A stretch of 63,436 nucleotides of DNA, the filler included, from Octopus bimaculoides (Eukaryota), in the NCBI RefSeq assembly GCF_001194135.2. It is 5 parts of 4 records of this genome, joined end to end, with 100 filler letters (N's around TTAATTAATTAA, not from the genome) between each part and the next. Parts side by side here need not be neighbours in the genome. Positions count along the whole stretch, not along the records: positions 35,934 to 37,817 come from NC_068983.1; positions 37,918 to 50,499 come from NC_068995.1; 3 more parts are not named here. One strand, 5' to 3'. The notes beneath the pieces are model-generated. The model was not told the DNA's origin, ran no database searches, and saw only the letters and a program-made list of their open reading frames with translations. This document shows positions 35,976-48,500 of this stretch, one piece after another. Position numbers and translations under genes: made by a program. The first letter of the stretch is position 1, and each line of letters starts with the position of its first letter.

Positions 35976-38433
35976 GTATATATATATATATGGAGAGAGA
36001 AAAAGAGAGAGACAGATAGACAGATAGATCATATATGTACATATGTGTGTGTGTGAGTGTTTGTGGGTCTGTGTGTACTAATTATCTTTCTTTGAGTTTT
36101 GAACATGACTGTTCTAGTTCTAGACCCAAAATATTTAACGAAGAACATCACAGTTCTCAGCTATATATACTGAAGATGATTATCACTGGTAAAAAAACAA
36201 TACTAAATATGGTAATATTTTACCAAGTATCTATGACGTCAGCTTGTGGTAGGCGTGCTAACCGAATGGAACTATTTAATACTCCTGCTTGAATTGCTCG
36301 CCAGAACTGCTTCTGCGGAAATCATGTAAAGAACGCGAGTATAAAATCTCTTGGTGTAGTTGGAGATTGTGCTGATTGTATCTGGAAGCCTTGCACCATC
36401 TCTGTCTCACGTTTGATAAGACAATATTTATACCCCAATTTCTTCTCTGAAAATGTATAACACATCTATTTTGCTGCAATTTATTATACATTGTTTTCAA
36501 CAGCTGAAATATTAAGCATTATATGATTTATGTGTGTGCGTCACCACCTTTTAAAAGAACGTGATTTTGTGTACTGTTGACAGACAACTACACCAAAAGA
36601 AAACGCGTTTTGGAAATTAATTCACAAGCAACCAGCATGACAAATCCATTTTCAACAGAAAATTCTGGAAGTAGGATATATTCTAGCACCTCCACTATTT
36701 AAAGTATTTTGGCTACCAAACTTGATGATAAACAAATTGCAAAACTTCTAGGCATAACAAACAAACTGTTGGGCATATTTCAGAGTTTGCAAATACATCC
36801 CCTAATTTTTGTTGAAGCTTTAACCTCATACCAAGCTACTCGTTTAATTGCTTATACAGTATGTCTCCTCGACATCTGTAATCATTATTTCCAACCTAAC
36901 AAATACAGCAAGCTGCCAAAATGCTTAAATCTGTTTAGCTCGTAGTTAAGTTGTAAGTCAACTTTGCCCTTCATATTTAGAGGTCGTTAAAATAAATACC
37001 GTTCAAGTACTCAGATCGATGTAATCGACTCCTCCATTCCCGCAAAAAATAGAAAAAATAGAAAAAATAGAAAAGAAATAAATTGCTTCCTTGTGCCAAA
37101 AATTTGAATCGTTTATATTCAGCCTAACATACACAATATTTATTTACTGTATTTTTAATTTTTAAACCCAATTTCACTTTTTTCAGCGTTACGCTTTTAA
37201 TTCGTTTCCTTATTATATAGATTTTACATAACTCTATTACGCATTTTATATTACCAGGTACATTGCTTTTGAGCGTATAACGTCTTGAAATTATATTTCC
37301 ATATATGATCATCAAGTAGAACTTCAAACAATATTTTTATATGAGATCACATTATATTAACAAAAATTTACCTAAAATTTAACTCCAGTCTTATATTGTA
37401 TCATAGGTAACAAAAGAATCACATACAAATATATAACTTACATCTCATTTTGGTTTCTGAACCCAGGATAGAAAATTTCACATTTAAAAATTTGAACCCA
37501 GGGCACATGGCTTGACACATTTATATGATTTCAATAGTCCACAAAGATTAAACTTTGAAGCAGTAGCACTGTACCTTACTTTTGGTGCTATTTGATAAAA
37601 AAACACAGACACACTGGCTGAGTATAAATATATACTTTAAACATGAAGACGCAAACCAGTGATATATGTACACATGAACACACTTATATATATATATATA
37701 TACAAATCTGGAGAATCTACAAGAATAGATGCAAGCGCTAATTTATAAAAACGTGACATATTAATAAAAATCTGTAAATGTACAACCATCCAGATTTCTG
37801 AGTACCTTATTATTTTANNNNNNNNNNNNNNNNNNNNNNNNNNNNNNNNNNNNNNNNNNNNTTAATTAATTAANNNNNNNNNNNNNNNNNNNNNNNNNNN
37901 NNNNNNNNNNNNNNNNNTATGTATGATGTGCTTGTGTGTACGCGTTTAGGCATGTGTACGTATTTATCACACGTCTAAAAATGTACAGACACACATAAAT
38001 ATTGTATGCTTATCTAAGCGTTTTTTCTGTGCGTGTGTGTGTATGTGTGTGTATGTGTGTTCTCTGGTTCCTATATGCGCGTGAGTGTATGTGCTCGGGG
38101 GTATGCGTATGTATATGTGTGTGTGTTTGTGTGGTGATCCAAGTACAAGATTCTCCAATGTAGATGGAAGCCATTTTATTTCACCTTAATCAGACATTTA
38201 CCATTGTGAAGGTAGTTTCAGTGGTGGCATATTAGGTGTTCAAGAAGAGAGAAAACAGAGAGGTAGAGAGAGGGAGAAAGAAAGAGAGACGAGGGGAGAG
38301 AAGGAAAGAGGAAGAGAAAGAGAAAAAGAAACGGAGAGAGAGCAGGAGAGAGAAAGAGAAAGCGAGAAAGTGAGGGAGTGTGTGAATAAGTGTCAGCGCT
38401 CGAGTGAATGAGTGAGTAAGAAAGAGAGAGAGC

Positions 38434-38495
<62 letters not shown>

Positions 38496-38869
38496 TGAAA
38501 GAGTGAAAGAGTGAGCGAGAGAAAATGAAATAGAGAGGGAGAGAGAAATACGTGCTGATAGTTGGGGAATGGGATTTAAGGCGCAAGGCTTAAGGGACAA
38601 AGAAATATGTTTTTGACTTAGAGAGAGAAAGAGAGAGACAGACACAGACAGAATAACAGACAGAATGGGAGAGAGTGAAGGATGGAGAGGGAGAGAGGGA
38701 GAATAAGAGGGAGAGAGGGAGAATAAGAGAGAGAGAGAGAGTGGAAAAACGGCAAATGTAGAGTTAATCGCTGTGGAGAAGCAATTTGTAGATACACATA
38801 TATACTCATACACACACATACACATATATACTCATACACACATACACATGTAGATATTTATGAATATGT

Positions 38870-39050
38870 GTGTGTTTTATCATTTACTTGTTTTAGACAT
38901 TAGACTGCGGCCATGCTGGGGCACCGTCTTCAGGGAATTTTTTTTTCTTTTTAAACCCTGGTAATTATTTTTTTAAAACCCTGGTGCTTATTCTATCGAG
39001 TTGTTTTGCCGCACCACTACCTTACGGGGACGTAAACAGACCAACACCCT
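38870..39050 (-). mobile_element. SINE B 3' tail fragment
   Basis: gactgcggccatgctggggcaccg...cttacggggacgtaaac. Confidence 0.7.
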
Positions 39051-39229
39051 CGTAGATATTTATATATAAAGAGACAAATAAATTTACTTAGAATATTAAA
39101 AAAATACAGAATACTAAAAGGCGAATGCAGAGTTTTTACCTCGACAGCTGTTTCTGGATGCTCAGAATTATGTAATAACAGTAATGCACATAATTAACAG
39201 AGGGAATGTGCAAAATGTCTTGGATACGC

Positions 39230-39271
39230 AACCAGTAAATGTTTCATAGAGATATTATCGTCAGTCTGGTT
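39230..39271 (-). ncRNA. Partly degenerate type-I hammerhead motif
   Basis: AACCAG-A-CTGACGA-TAATATCTCTAT-GAAAC-AT-TTA-CTGGTT: 6-bp stem I and intact core; weak stem II and one stem III mismatch. Confidence 0.5.
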
Positions 39272-39339
39272 CTGTTTATCAGGAAAAACAACTGACAATA
39301 GTTGTCCACATAAAATGCGAAAAATTTAAAGGTTAAAGG

Positions 39340-39371
<32 letters not shown>

Positions 39372-39399
39372 GAAGAAGAAAGGAGTAATAGGCAGTAAT

Positions 39400-39512
39400 A
39401 AAGTGTCTTGCTCAAGAATACAACACGCAGCCCGGTCCGGGAATCAAGCGCATAACCTCACAATCATGAGCTCGACGCTCTAACCACTAGACCATGAGCC
39501 ATGCGCCTTCAT
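39400..39512 (-). mobile_element. SINE C head (truncated by gap)
   Basis: ggcgcatggc..tagtggttagagcgtcgagctc..gattcccggaccggg..gtattcttgagcaagacactt. Confidence 0.75.
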
Positions 39513-39990
39513 TANNNNNNNNNNNNNNNNNNNNNNNNNNNNNNNNNNNNNNNNNNNNNNNNNNNNNNNNNNNNNNNNNNNNNNNNNNNNNNNNNNNNNN
39601 NNNNNNNNNNNNNNNNNNNNNNNNNNNNNNNNNNNNNNNNNNNNNNNNNNNNNNNNNNNNNNNNNNNNNNNNNNNNNNNNNNNNNNNNNNNNNNNNNNNN
39701 NNNNNNNNNNNNNNNNNNNNNNNNNNNNNNNNNNNNNNNNNNNNNNNNNNNNNNNNNNNNNNNNNNNNNNNNNNNNNNNNNNNNNNNNNNNNNNNNNNNN
39801 NNNNNNNNNNNNNNNNNNNNNNNNNNNNNNNNNNNNNNNNNNNNNNNNNNNNNNNNNNNNNNNNNNNNNNNNNNNNNNNNNNNNNNNNNNNNNNNNNNNN
39901 NNNNNNNNNNNNNNNNNNNNNNNNNNNNNNNNNNNNNNNNNNNNNNNNNNNCGCTGAGTTCTTGAAACTTGGTTATTTTCCCTAAAACTA

Positions 39991-40034
<44 letters not shown>

Positions 40035-40293
40035 AGAGAGAGTGAGAAAGAATGAAGGAGAATGTGTGTGTTGCTCTCACAATATATTTAAATAACTATT
40101 TTGTACATAACACATTTTACACAGTAGAGCAACATATGCTTCACAGCTGAGACTCTCAGCAGTGAATGAACTAATATTCTATACCAAATCCCAGAGAACA
40201 ATATCGAGCCTGTTGTCTTTGCACTCAGTTTTATTTTTGTTAGGTCGTTCGCTAACTCTATTGCAAACACTGTTTTTAACAATAATAATAATA

Positions 40294-40354
<61 letters not shown>

Positions 40355-40394
40355 GAAGAAGAAGAAGAAGAAGAAGTTACAGTTATAACAATAA

Positions 40395-40960
40395 TAAGTT
40401 ACAGCTACAATATCCTTAACTAGACTCTAAACAAACTAATCAAAATGGACAAGAAAAAGAAGAAAAATAATGACAGGATTTAGGATGCACCACCCAAAAT
40501 CTGACATAGAAAGGCTACACATACAACATATCGAAGGTGGTAGAGGCCTTATACAGCTAGAAAACTATTACGAAAAAACCAGCATAGAGCTACAGTAACA
40601 TTTACGACAGAAGCAAGGAAAACTAATATACATAGCCACAAAACACAGACAAAAGAAAAAAAAAATGTTTTCAGTGTTTAAGGAAGCTGACAAGTACAAA
40701 ACAGAAATCATAGTATCTAACAGCTATGAAGAGAAAGAAGAAACAACGAAAGATGTAAAATAATTGAAATCGAATCTAAGACTGGAACAGCAACGGATCT
40801 TGATAAAACGATGGCAAGAAAAGCCCCTTCATGGCAAATATTGGGTTATGCTAAAGAGAAAAGAAATAGACAAAACAAAATCCCAACAATGGCTGAGAAG
40901 CTCAAGACTCAAAGCAGGGACTGAAAAACAGGTTTGAATAACAGCAGACGCAGCAGCAAC
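40395..40960 (+). mobile_element. R4/Dong LINE fragment (second subfamily) starting in a (TAA)/(GAA) tract
   Basis: YNILN.TL.KLIKMDKK..IMTGFRMHHPKSDIERL..GGRGLIQLE; RWQEKPLHGKY; SQQWLRSSRLKA.TE. Confidence 0.85.
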
Positions 40961-41277
40961 AAAAGTACAATAATTATCGTAATTTTGAATGCGGATGTTA
41001 TGTGTGGTTCTCTTTGACAGATAGATTTTAATGGTCGTCAACCATATGTTATTAGAGTTAGGAGAAATAAAACATGAATGCAGTTCACAATTTGTCTTAG
41101 GGCAGCATGGCTGCACATTTACAGCAGCTTTGGTGCTCTACTGAACTACCTACTTTATACTTTATGCATTCACACATACAGATGCACGCGTGCACACACA
41201 CTCTCTCTCACACACACGAAAAGCATATGTTCACACACACAAACAAAATATGTGCTTGTGTGTGTCTATGCATGTAC

Positions 41278-41316
<39 letters not shown>

Positions 41317-41329
41317 NNNNNNNNNNGAG

Positions 41330-41398
<69 letters not shown>

Positions 41399-41640
41399 GA
41401 TAGATATAGATGTAGATAGATATAAAAGTAAATGATGACAGTAACTTCTAAATTTAGCCTTATTTGGCTTCGTCAAACGATAAAGTGTGTTAAGAGCTTT
41501 TGAAGACGTTTATGTATTTTTTGCACATCTTGTGAGCGGAGCTTAGTGCTTGCAGTGGAGGTGTAGCATAGTAGTATATATTTTGGCATATGATATTCAA
41601 CGAAGGAGGGGAAGAAGCAAAGAAAGAGTAGAGGAAGATA

Positions 41641-41656
41641 AAAATGGCGGGAAGTC
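41641..41656 (+). promoter_or_regulatory. YY1-type AAAATGGCGG motif overlapping an ETS-like GGAAGT
   Basis: Exact motif in unique, CpG-retaining sequence; such motifs typify housekeeping start regions; function is inference only. Confidence 0.25.
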
Positions 41657-42184
41657 AGAAGGAAAATGAAAGAAAAATAGAAATTGTATACGATTGTGAC
41701 GTATAAAAGAAAAATGCCAGAAATATGATTCTTCCTAGGTTGCGTCATTTACCTGGTAATTTGGTAGGTAAGAATGGCATTGAATTGGTTTTAGCTTAGA
41801 AAGAAAACCGAGTTGATTTTGTATTAATGTTTTGTATCATGAAAGCTTGTTTGTAAGGAGATGCGCTAGGTTTGTATCGGAGCACAGCTCAATGACATGT
41901 CAGGTGTCATGGCTTGTGTCGAACGGTCGCAATCAAACTTACCTTAAATCAAACTTACCTTATTTCTAAGTATTGACCGTGGTAAATAAAAAGAAATTTC
42001 AGGATTTGATGCTTCAATAAATGAATATTTAATTCGAGTGTTACAACAATGTGAAGAAGCGCATTGTGACCAGCGATGTACTGCAACAATTTGGACGATA
42101 TAGTGATACTACGAGAATACATTTTGGTAGATGCTGTGTGTCATTGTTCTATGCCAAGACCACACTAAAATTACCAAAATGTAT

Positions 42185-42340
42185 TCAAATTTCAGTTTCT
42201 GTCTACCAAATCCACTCGCAAGGCTTTGGTCGGCCCGAGACTATAATAGAATACACTTGCCTAAGGTGCCACGCAGTGGAACTGAACCCGGAACCACGTG
42301 CTTGGGAAGCAAGCCTCTTGCCACACAGTCACGCCAGCGC
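42185..42340 (-). mobile_element. SINE B head
   Basis: ggcgctggcgtgactgtgtggcaagagg..ggttcagttccactgcgtggcaccttaggcaagtgt. Confidence 0.8.
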
Positions 42341-42474
42341 CTATATATATATATATATATATTGTTGTACTTGGGGATGGTCATATTGCCAGTTTAGCCA
42401 ATAAAAACACACGCACTGTATATTTGGTGTTAATTTGCTTCAGCTTTATATTACATTAATCTTAATCTTATTTC

Positions 42475-42519
42475 GGCCAGAGTTCTTTCGTCACACTTCT
42501 GTGACCTCATCAGTGGTCC
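42475..42519 (-). ncRNA. Type-I hammerhead ribozyme with intact core
   Basis: GGACCA-CTGATGA-G-GTCACA/GAAG/TGTGAC-GAAA-G-AA-CT-C-TGGCC: 6-bp stem II, CUC triplet, stem I 4/5 paired. Confidence 0.75.
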
Positions 42520-43578
42520 TTTGTTTCCTTCCTTCTTATGTGTGTCTCACCTTGCTAAATATCAGCCATTTTGTATTCTGTATTCCTATTGTATGTGTCT
42601 ACNNNNNNNNNNNNNNNNNNNNNNNNNNNNNNNNNNNNNNNNNNNNNNNNNNNNNNNNNNNNNNNNNNNNNNNNNNNNNNNNNNNNNNNNNNNNNNNNNN
42701 NNNNNNNNNNNNNNNNNNNNNNNNNNNNNNNNNNNNNNNNNNNNNNNNNNNNNNNNNNNNNNNNNNNNNNNNNNNNNNNNNNNNNNNNNNNNNNNNNNNN
42801 NNNNNNNNNNNNNNNNNNNNNNNNNNNNNNNNNNNNNNNNNNNNNNNNNNNNNNNNNNNNNNNNNNNNNNNNNNNNNNNNNNNNNNNNNNNNNNNNNNNN
42901 NNNNNNNNNNNNNNNNNNNNNNNNNNNNNNNNNNNNNNNNNNNNNNNNNNNNNNNNNNNNNNNNNNNNNNNNNNNNNNNNNNNNNNNNNNNNNNNNNNNN
43001 NNNNNNNNNNNNNNNNNNNNNNNNNNNNNNNNNNNNNNNNNNNNNNNNNNNNNNNNNNNNNNNNNNNNNNNNNNNNNNNNNNNNNNNNNNNNNNNNNNNN
43101 NNNNNNNNNNNNNNNNNNNNNNNNNNNNNNNNNNNNNNNNNNTTTCTGTCTCTCTCTCTCTCACCCTCTCAATCTATCCGTCATTCTGTCTGCGTAACTG
43201 TTTCTCATTCTCGCTAATTCTCTCATTCAACCGCTCTCATTCTCTCTCGCTCTTCCCTCTTCTCTCTCGCTCTTCCCTCTTCTCTCTCGCTCTTCCCTCT
43301 TCTCTCTCCCTCTTCCCTCTCTCACCTCTCCTACCCTCTGTATGTGGTGTGTGCGTTTGTGTGTGCGTGTCTGCAGCAGCCACCACCAACAGGTTACGCA
43401 CTACATCTCTCCTCCTCTTATATTAAAACATTTGTCGTCTGCCAACTTCAGTGCAACTCTTGTCATCATTATAACCAGTCACATCCATTACAACCTTTTC
43501 TGCTGCTGCTGGTAAGTAATATCAAAACCGCTCTTCCAGCTTACACCAAAAACACATTACTTAACACACAAACTAATT

Positions 43579-43613
<35 letters not shown>

Positions 43614-44089
43614 GTGTCAAGGTTAGTATTGTTAATATATTTTTCTTGCTATTTCTTTTCGCTGCTTCTTGTTGTTGTGGTTACTGCTGCTGCTTCTGTT
43701 GTTGTCATTTCAACTCAGGGCCAATATTAGTCGAGCTGGTGGCATATAATCAGAAGTAATCTAACCGTGACCGTCCTGTATTTTTTGTATTTTTCTCTTT
43801 ATTTATTTTTTTTTTAAAGATATTCTTTATCCAAAGCTACATTATCTTGTACAAACATCTTTGTTTTTTATGAGGTGGAGAAGGTGTGTTGAATTGAGAA
43901 AGATTTAGCTGCTATTTCTAGCACAATGTGGTCCACTCTCTGATTCTTTCTATGGTTGATGCTGTGGGTACGTTCCTGTTGTTGTGGCTATTATTGCGGC
44001 TGTAGTGTGTTTGTGTTGTGATGCTTTTTTTGTTACTATGCTTGCCGTTGTAGTGGTCATTATCTTTTATCTTTCATCCTTGATTTTTT

Positions 44090-44940
44090 GCTTGTTTTAG
44101 TCAATAAACTGTGGCCATGCTGGGGCATCACCTTGAAGAAGTTTCAGTTGAATGAATCCACCCCAGTGTTTATTTTTTAAAGCTCGGCACTCAGGCGCGA
44201 TCCTGGGAGTTTTTCGAAGGGAGAGCAGAAGGTCGGAAGGAAATACAATTCCAGGAGAAAATGGCGTGATAACATTATTTAGAAGGGTGCATTTCTTTCC
44301 TTGAGGAGGGCACGTGCCCCTCAGGCCCCCTTCCTTGGGTCCGCCCCTGGATACTTATTCGATCCGCCTCTTTCGCCGAATCACTAAGTTACGGGGACGT
44401 AAACACACCAACACCAGTTGTAAAGCGGCGGCGGGGGTGGAACACAGGCATATAGACACATACACACGCACGCACGCACGCACGCACGACGCACGCACGC
44501 GCGCACACACACACACATATGTATTTGGAAAACGGAAACTGAAAGAAGCCCGTGTAATTTGTTTAGACACTTGGTGAAATTGCTCGTGATATTCTTTTAT
44601 TCATTTACTTGTTTCAGTCATTTGACTGTGGCCATGTGGGAGCTTTTCTAAGCCTGGTACCTATTCTATCGATCGCTTTTGTCGAACCGCTAGTTTACGG
44701 GGACGTAAACACATCCACACCGGTTATCAAGCAGTGATGGGGGTACAAATACAGACACAAAAACACACATACATATATATATAGACATATATACGACGGG
44801 CTTCCTTCAGTTTCCGTCTACCATATCCTCTCACAAGCCTTTGGTGGTCCCTAAGCTATAGTAAGCGACACTTGGCCAAGGTGCCACGCGAAAGTACTGA
44901 ACCCGGAACCATGTGGTTAGGAGGCAAGCTTTTTACCACC
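44090..44940 (-). mobile_element. Two SINE B copies; the first is split by a MITE
   Basis: Family B tail, microsatellite and body motifs at 44090-44560 and 44600-44940. Confidence 0.8.
44192..44349. mobile_element. ~158-bp GC-rich-TIR MITE
   Basis: Ends CAGGCGCGATCC / GGGTCCGCCCCTG; flanks GGCACT and GATACT both derive from the host SINE's GGTACT, suggesting a 6-bp TSD. Confidence 0.55.
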
Positions 44941-45409
44941 CGGACGGTGTTGTGTTGTGGTGGTAGTACCCGTAATGTAGTTAGTAAAAGCTATTACTTG
45001 TAAAGGACGCATTCATGCGGGTAGTTCGGTTGCTACGATGATGGTAATAATGGTTGTTTGAATTATAATTCGGTTGCTATGGTGGTGGTCATGTTGTGAT
45101 GGTGTGAAAGATGCTGAATATGGAGTATTAGTCATCTTCTCATGGCTTTATTACAGGTGAAGGGCGATCCTTCGGTATTGATCTACATAGTGTCGGTGAG
45201 AGGAGACGACATCATTTGCTCCCCCCGCCTTTTTTTTTCCTGCCTAGCCTCTTTGTCAATGCCATGAGGAATGGTTTTGTGGTTGAATGGAACCGTCAAG
45301 CAATACCGAACGATTTCCAGTTCGTGCTTTTTATTATTGGTCTACTAATGGATATGATTATGTGGCGGTATTGTGGCAATGGTGGTGGTGGTGATGGTGG
45401 TGATGGTGG

Positions 45410-45468
<59 letters not shown>

Positions 45469-45569
45469 GTTGTAGTGGTGGTTTCTGTTATGGTTGTTGT
45501 AAAGACCATTGTTGTCGCCGTTGGAGGCAGTGGTTGTGATGCTATGGCAAAAGAAAGAGTCGGTTGTTA

Positions 45570-45898
45570 ATTTAACTGGTTCTCCGTCGGTTAATGCGGT
45601 GAGTGTTCCAGTTGATCCTATTAACCGAACAGCCTGCTCATTAAAAAAATCAACGCCAGCACGTGGCTGACAGCTTCGCAGACATAATGTAGTTCTCAGG
45701 GACAATCAACTTGACACAAAATGTGACAAGGCTGGCCCCCTTTGTATTACAGGTACAACTCATTTTTTTCCCAGATGAGTGGACTAGAACAACATGAAAT
45801 AAGATGTCTTGCTCAAGGACAAAAAACACCACCAGGAATCGAACTCATGACCTTACTATCGTGAGCCGAATACCCTAACCACTCAACCACGCGCCTTC
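45570..45898 (-). mobile_element. Full-length SINE family C
   Basis: aggcgcgtggttgagtggttagggtattcggctc..gagttcgattcc head, gtccttgagcaagaca CORE-like segment, tail gatcaactggaacactc..ccgacggagaaccag. Confidence 0.85.
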
Positions 45899-47297
45899 AC
45901 CTGTTGTTAACGGTGGCTTTATGAGAGGTGGTTTTGCAGTTGGGGGTCTTATTTATGGCTGTGGTGTGACTATAGTTGTGGTTAGGGTTGTAGTACAGTT
46001 ATGGTATGGTGTCATTGTGGTTATGGTCGTATTCCATGTTGTGGTTATAATCAGAGCTTGTAAGAGGGAGTTTCAGCCACCACAAAGGTTTGGGGGTATT
46101 GAAACCCAAGAATGGCCAGAGACTATCATCTTGGCCCCTCCGTAAACCCTCACTGACCTTGAAATATGAGAGCTCTCCACCTCCCAGGGCCTGAAGCATT
46201 TTTGCTTTCCTTTGCCCAATTTCTGTCGGAGACAGTGATTATCATAGATTTGGGAGGAATTTCGGAATAGTGGTCATTCGAAGTGCAACACATCATGGGA
46301 AAGGATGAAGGGAGATTTCTCTCTCTCTCTCTCTCCTCAGTTTTGGATGTTCCTTTGTTTCATAAAACAGAAATTGTGATTCCGGAAATCAATAAAAAAG
46401 AAAAAAAAAAAGAAAAGAAAAAATTCCACAAATTCTAAGATTTTAGATTTTCGCCTCCGCAGCCGGAAACTCAAATACGCTTTTCCTTTCCGATGAGGTA
46501 TACGACTTCGAAGAACACTTGGTCCAAAATTCTGTCGAGATTCTGTATTACGATTGCAATTATGTCTATGGCTGGGATGGATTGTGGTTATAGCTGTCGC
46601 TGTGGTTACTGTGATAGTTGAGATTATAATCATTGTTGTGGTTAAGGTAGTGGTTCGTGGTTGTGGCTGTAGCTGCAGTTATGATTATGCTTTAATCGAT
46701 TTGAGGCTGCAGTTGCTGTTATTGTTGTGTATTTGTTCAGGAAACTAATATTGTGGTTGTGGTTATGACACAATTCTTTGTTTAATAGTTTCGTCAAAGG
46801 ATGAGGGTCAATGTTCTGTCCATCCTCTTTAAATAGGTCCTGTGAGTCAAGTAGAGAAGATAAATAGCCAATGTTCTCCTCAAATCGGGGACTGGCCACA
46901 ATACATACAAGATATTGTAAACTGCATTAAAGACCAGCAAATTGGTCAGGTGGTGGTGGAGTTAAGCTGGGCGATGGACAGATTCTACCAGCCCGAAAAG
47001 AAGGAGCACCCTTATTTAATGAGGGCAATCCTTTGATACTGATGTACCACGCCATACACCCACACAGCTTTCTTTCAAGACGTAGATATGGAGGCTAGGC
47101 TGAAAAATGCGGGTGAATAGCATTGTCTCTGCACACTGACACTCTTTCGACCAATATCAAAGGAAGACCTTTAAGCAGTTATCTCACAGTTCTGTCGATC
47201 AAATTTAACTCACAAGGGTTAGCCTGACAGGAGGTAATAATAAGAGGTAATTGTCAATCAAAGTAGCCCCGAAATAGAATCGAACACGGAACTATAT

Positions 47298-47431
47298 CAA
47301 TCGTTCTCAACTGCGGGCGATATGGCTCTTAGGAACCCATATGTCTCTTGAGGGCCCATGTGGTTCCCGAGGGCCAATATGACTCTTGAGGGCCCATATG
47401 GCTCTTGAGGGCCCATAAGCTTTTCAGGGCC
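47298..47431 (+). repeat. Six copies of a 19-bp unit (ATATGGCTCTTGAGGGCCC) behind a hAT-MITE-like terminus
   Basis: Units at 47320, 47339, 47358, 47377, 47396, 47415; preceded by caatcgttctcaac. Confidence 0.75.
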
Positions 47432-47560
47432 TATATAATATTTTGTTGTTAAAACTTGCGCAATAAATTGATTTTTCTACTTCAATACACACACACACAC
47501 AACACACATACATATTTATAAGTACATGCATACCTATCTATCTATCCCTCTATCTTCTCT

Positions 47561-47628
<68 letters not shown>

Positions 47629-47825
47629 NNNNNNNNNNNNNNNNNNNNNNNNNNNNNNNNNNNNNNNNNNNNNNNNNNNNNNNNNNNNNNNNNNNNNNNN
47701 NNNNNNNNNNNNNNNNNNNNNNNNNNNNNNNNNNNNNNNNNNNNNNNNNNNNNNNNNNNNNNNNNNNNNNNNNNNNNNNNNNNNNNNNNNNNNNNNNNNN
47801 NNNNNNNNNNNNNNNNNNNNNNNNN

Positions 47826-47860
<35 letters not shown>

Positions 47861-48401
47861 TAAAAGGGTAAAGATTTATCAATTTATTAATTTATTAATA
47901 AATCAACAATTAATAATTTTTACCAACCCCTTCGGTATGTAAGCACCATTATCGGTGGAGAACTTATTTAAAAGTTCCCATACATTTATAAACATAATTA
48001 AGGGATCAGCAAGCATTTGCTTCACCATATACCGAAGTTCATGTATGTCTGCATGTATTTGTTTATCGCTTTCTCTTCCTCTCTCTTTACATACATACAT
48101 AATTGTCGCGTACAGTCAGCTGACGCAGCGGGTGACGAGGCTGGAGATTTTAATAACAGGTACACTTGTTCTGACCAGCTTCCTTAGTTTCTCTCTGTCC
48201 AGTTTTAATCACAAGGTTGTGGTCTATTTGTAATCGCGAAATAATCTTCTTAATCAAACAGCCATACTGGACGAATGCACGAACGAGCACACACGCGCGC
48301 GTGCAAGCACACACGCGCGCGTGCAAGCACACATATGCACATATATGTGTGTGTGTGTGGTTTTAATGTTTGTGTCTACACATATATAAATAGATATGTG
48401 T

Positions 48402-48489
<88 letters not shown>

Positions 48490-48500
<11 letters not shown>

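Noticed and set aside
36160-36210. CTGAAGA-T-GATTA..TAAAA-AAAC as a decayed hammerhead
   Set aside because: GAAA, stem II and the cleavage triplet are all broken; not supportable from this copy alone.
36380-36720. Small minus-strand exon candidates (KKLGYKYCLIK; EFSVENGFVMLVA)
   Set aside because: Joining them creates a stop, and the splice signals are only moderate.
46790-47160. Faint resemblance to a Helitron/PIF1 helicase (MRV...LLKSGTG)
   Set aside because: Multiple stops and no complete helicase motif.
47320-47431. CRISPR-like array
   Set aside because: Contiguous 19-bp tandem units with no unique spacers, in a eukaryotic context.
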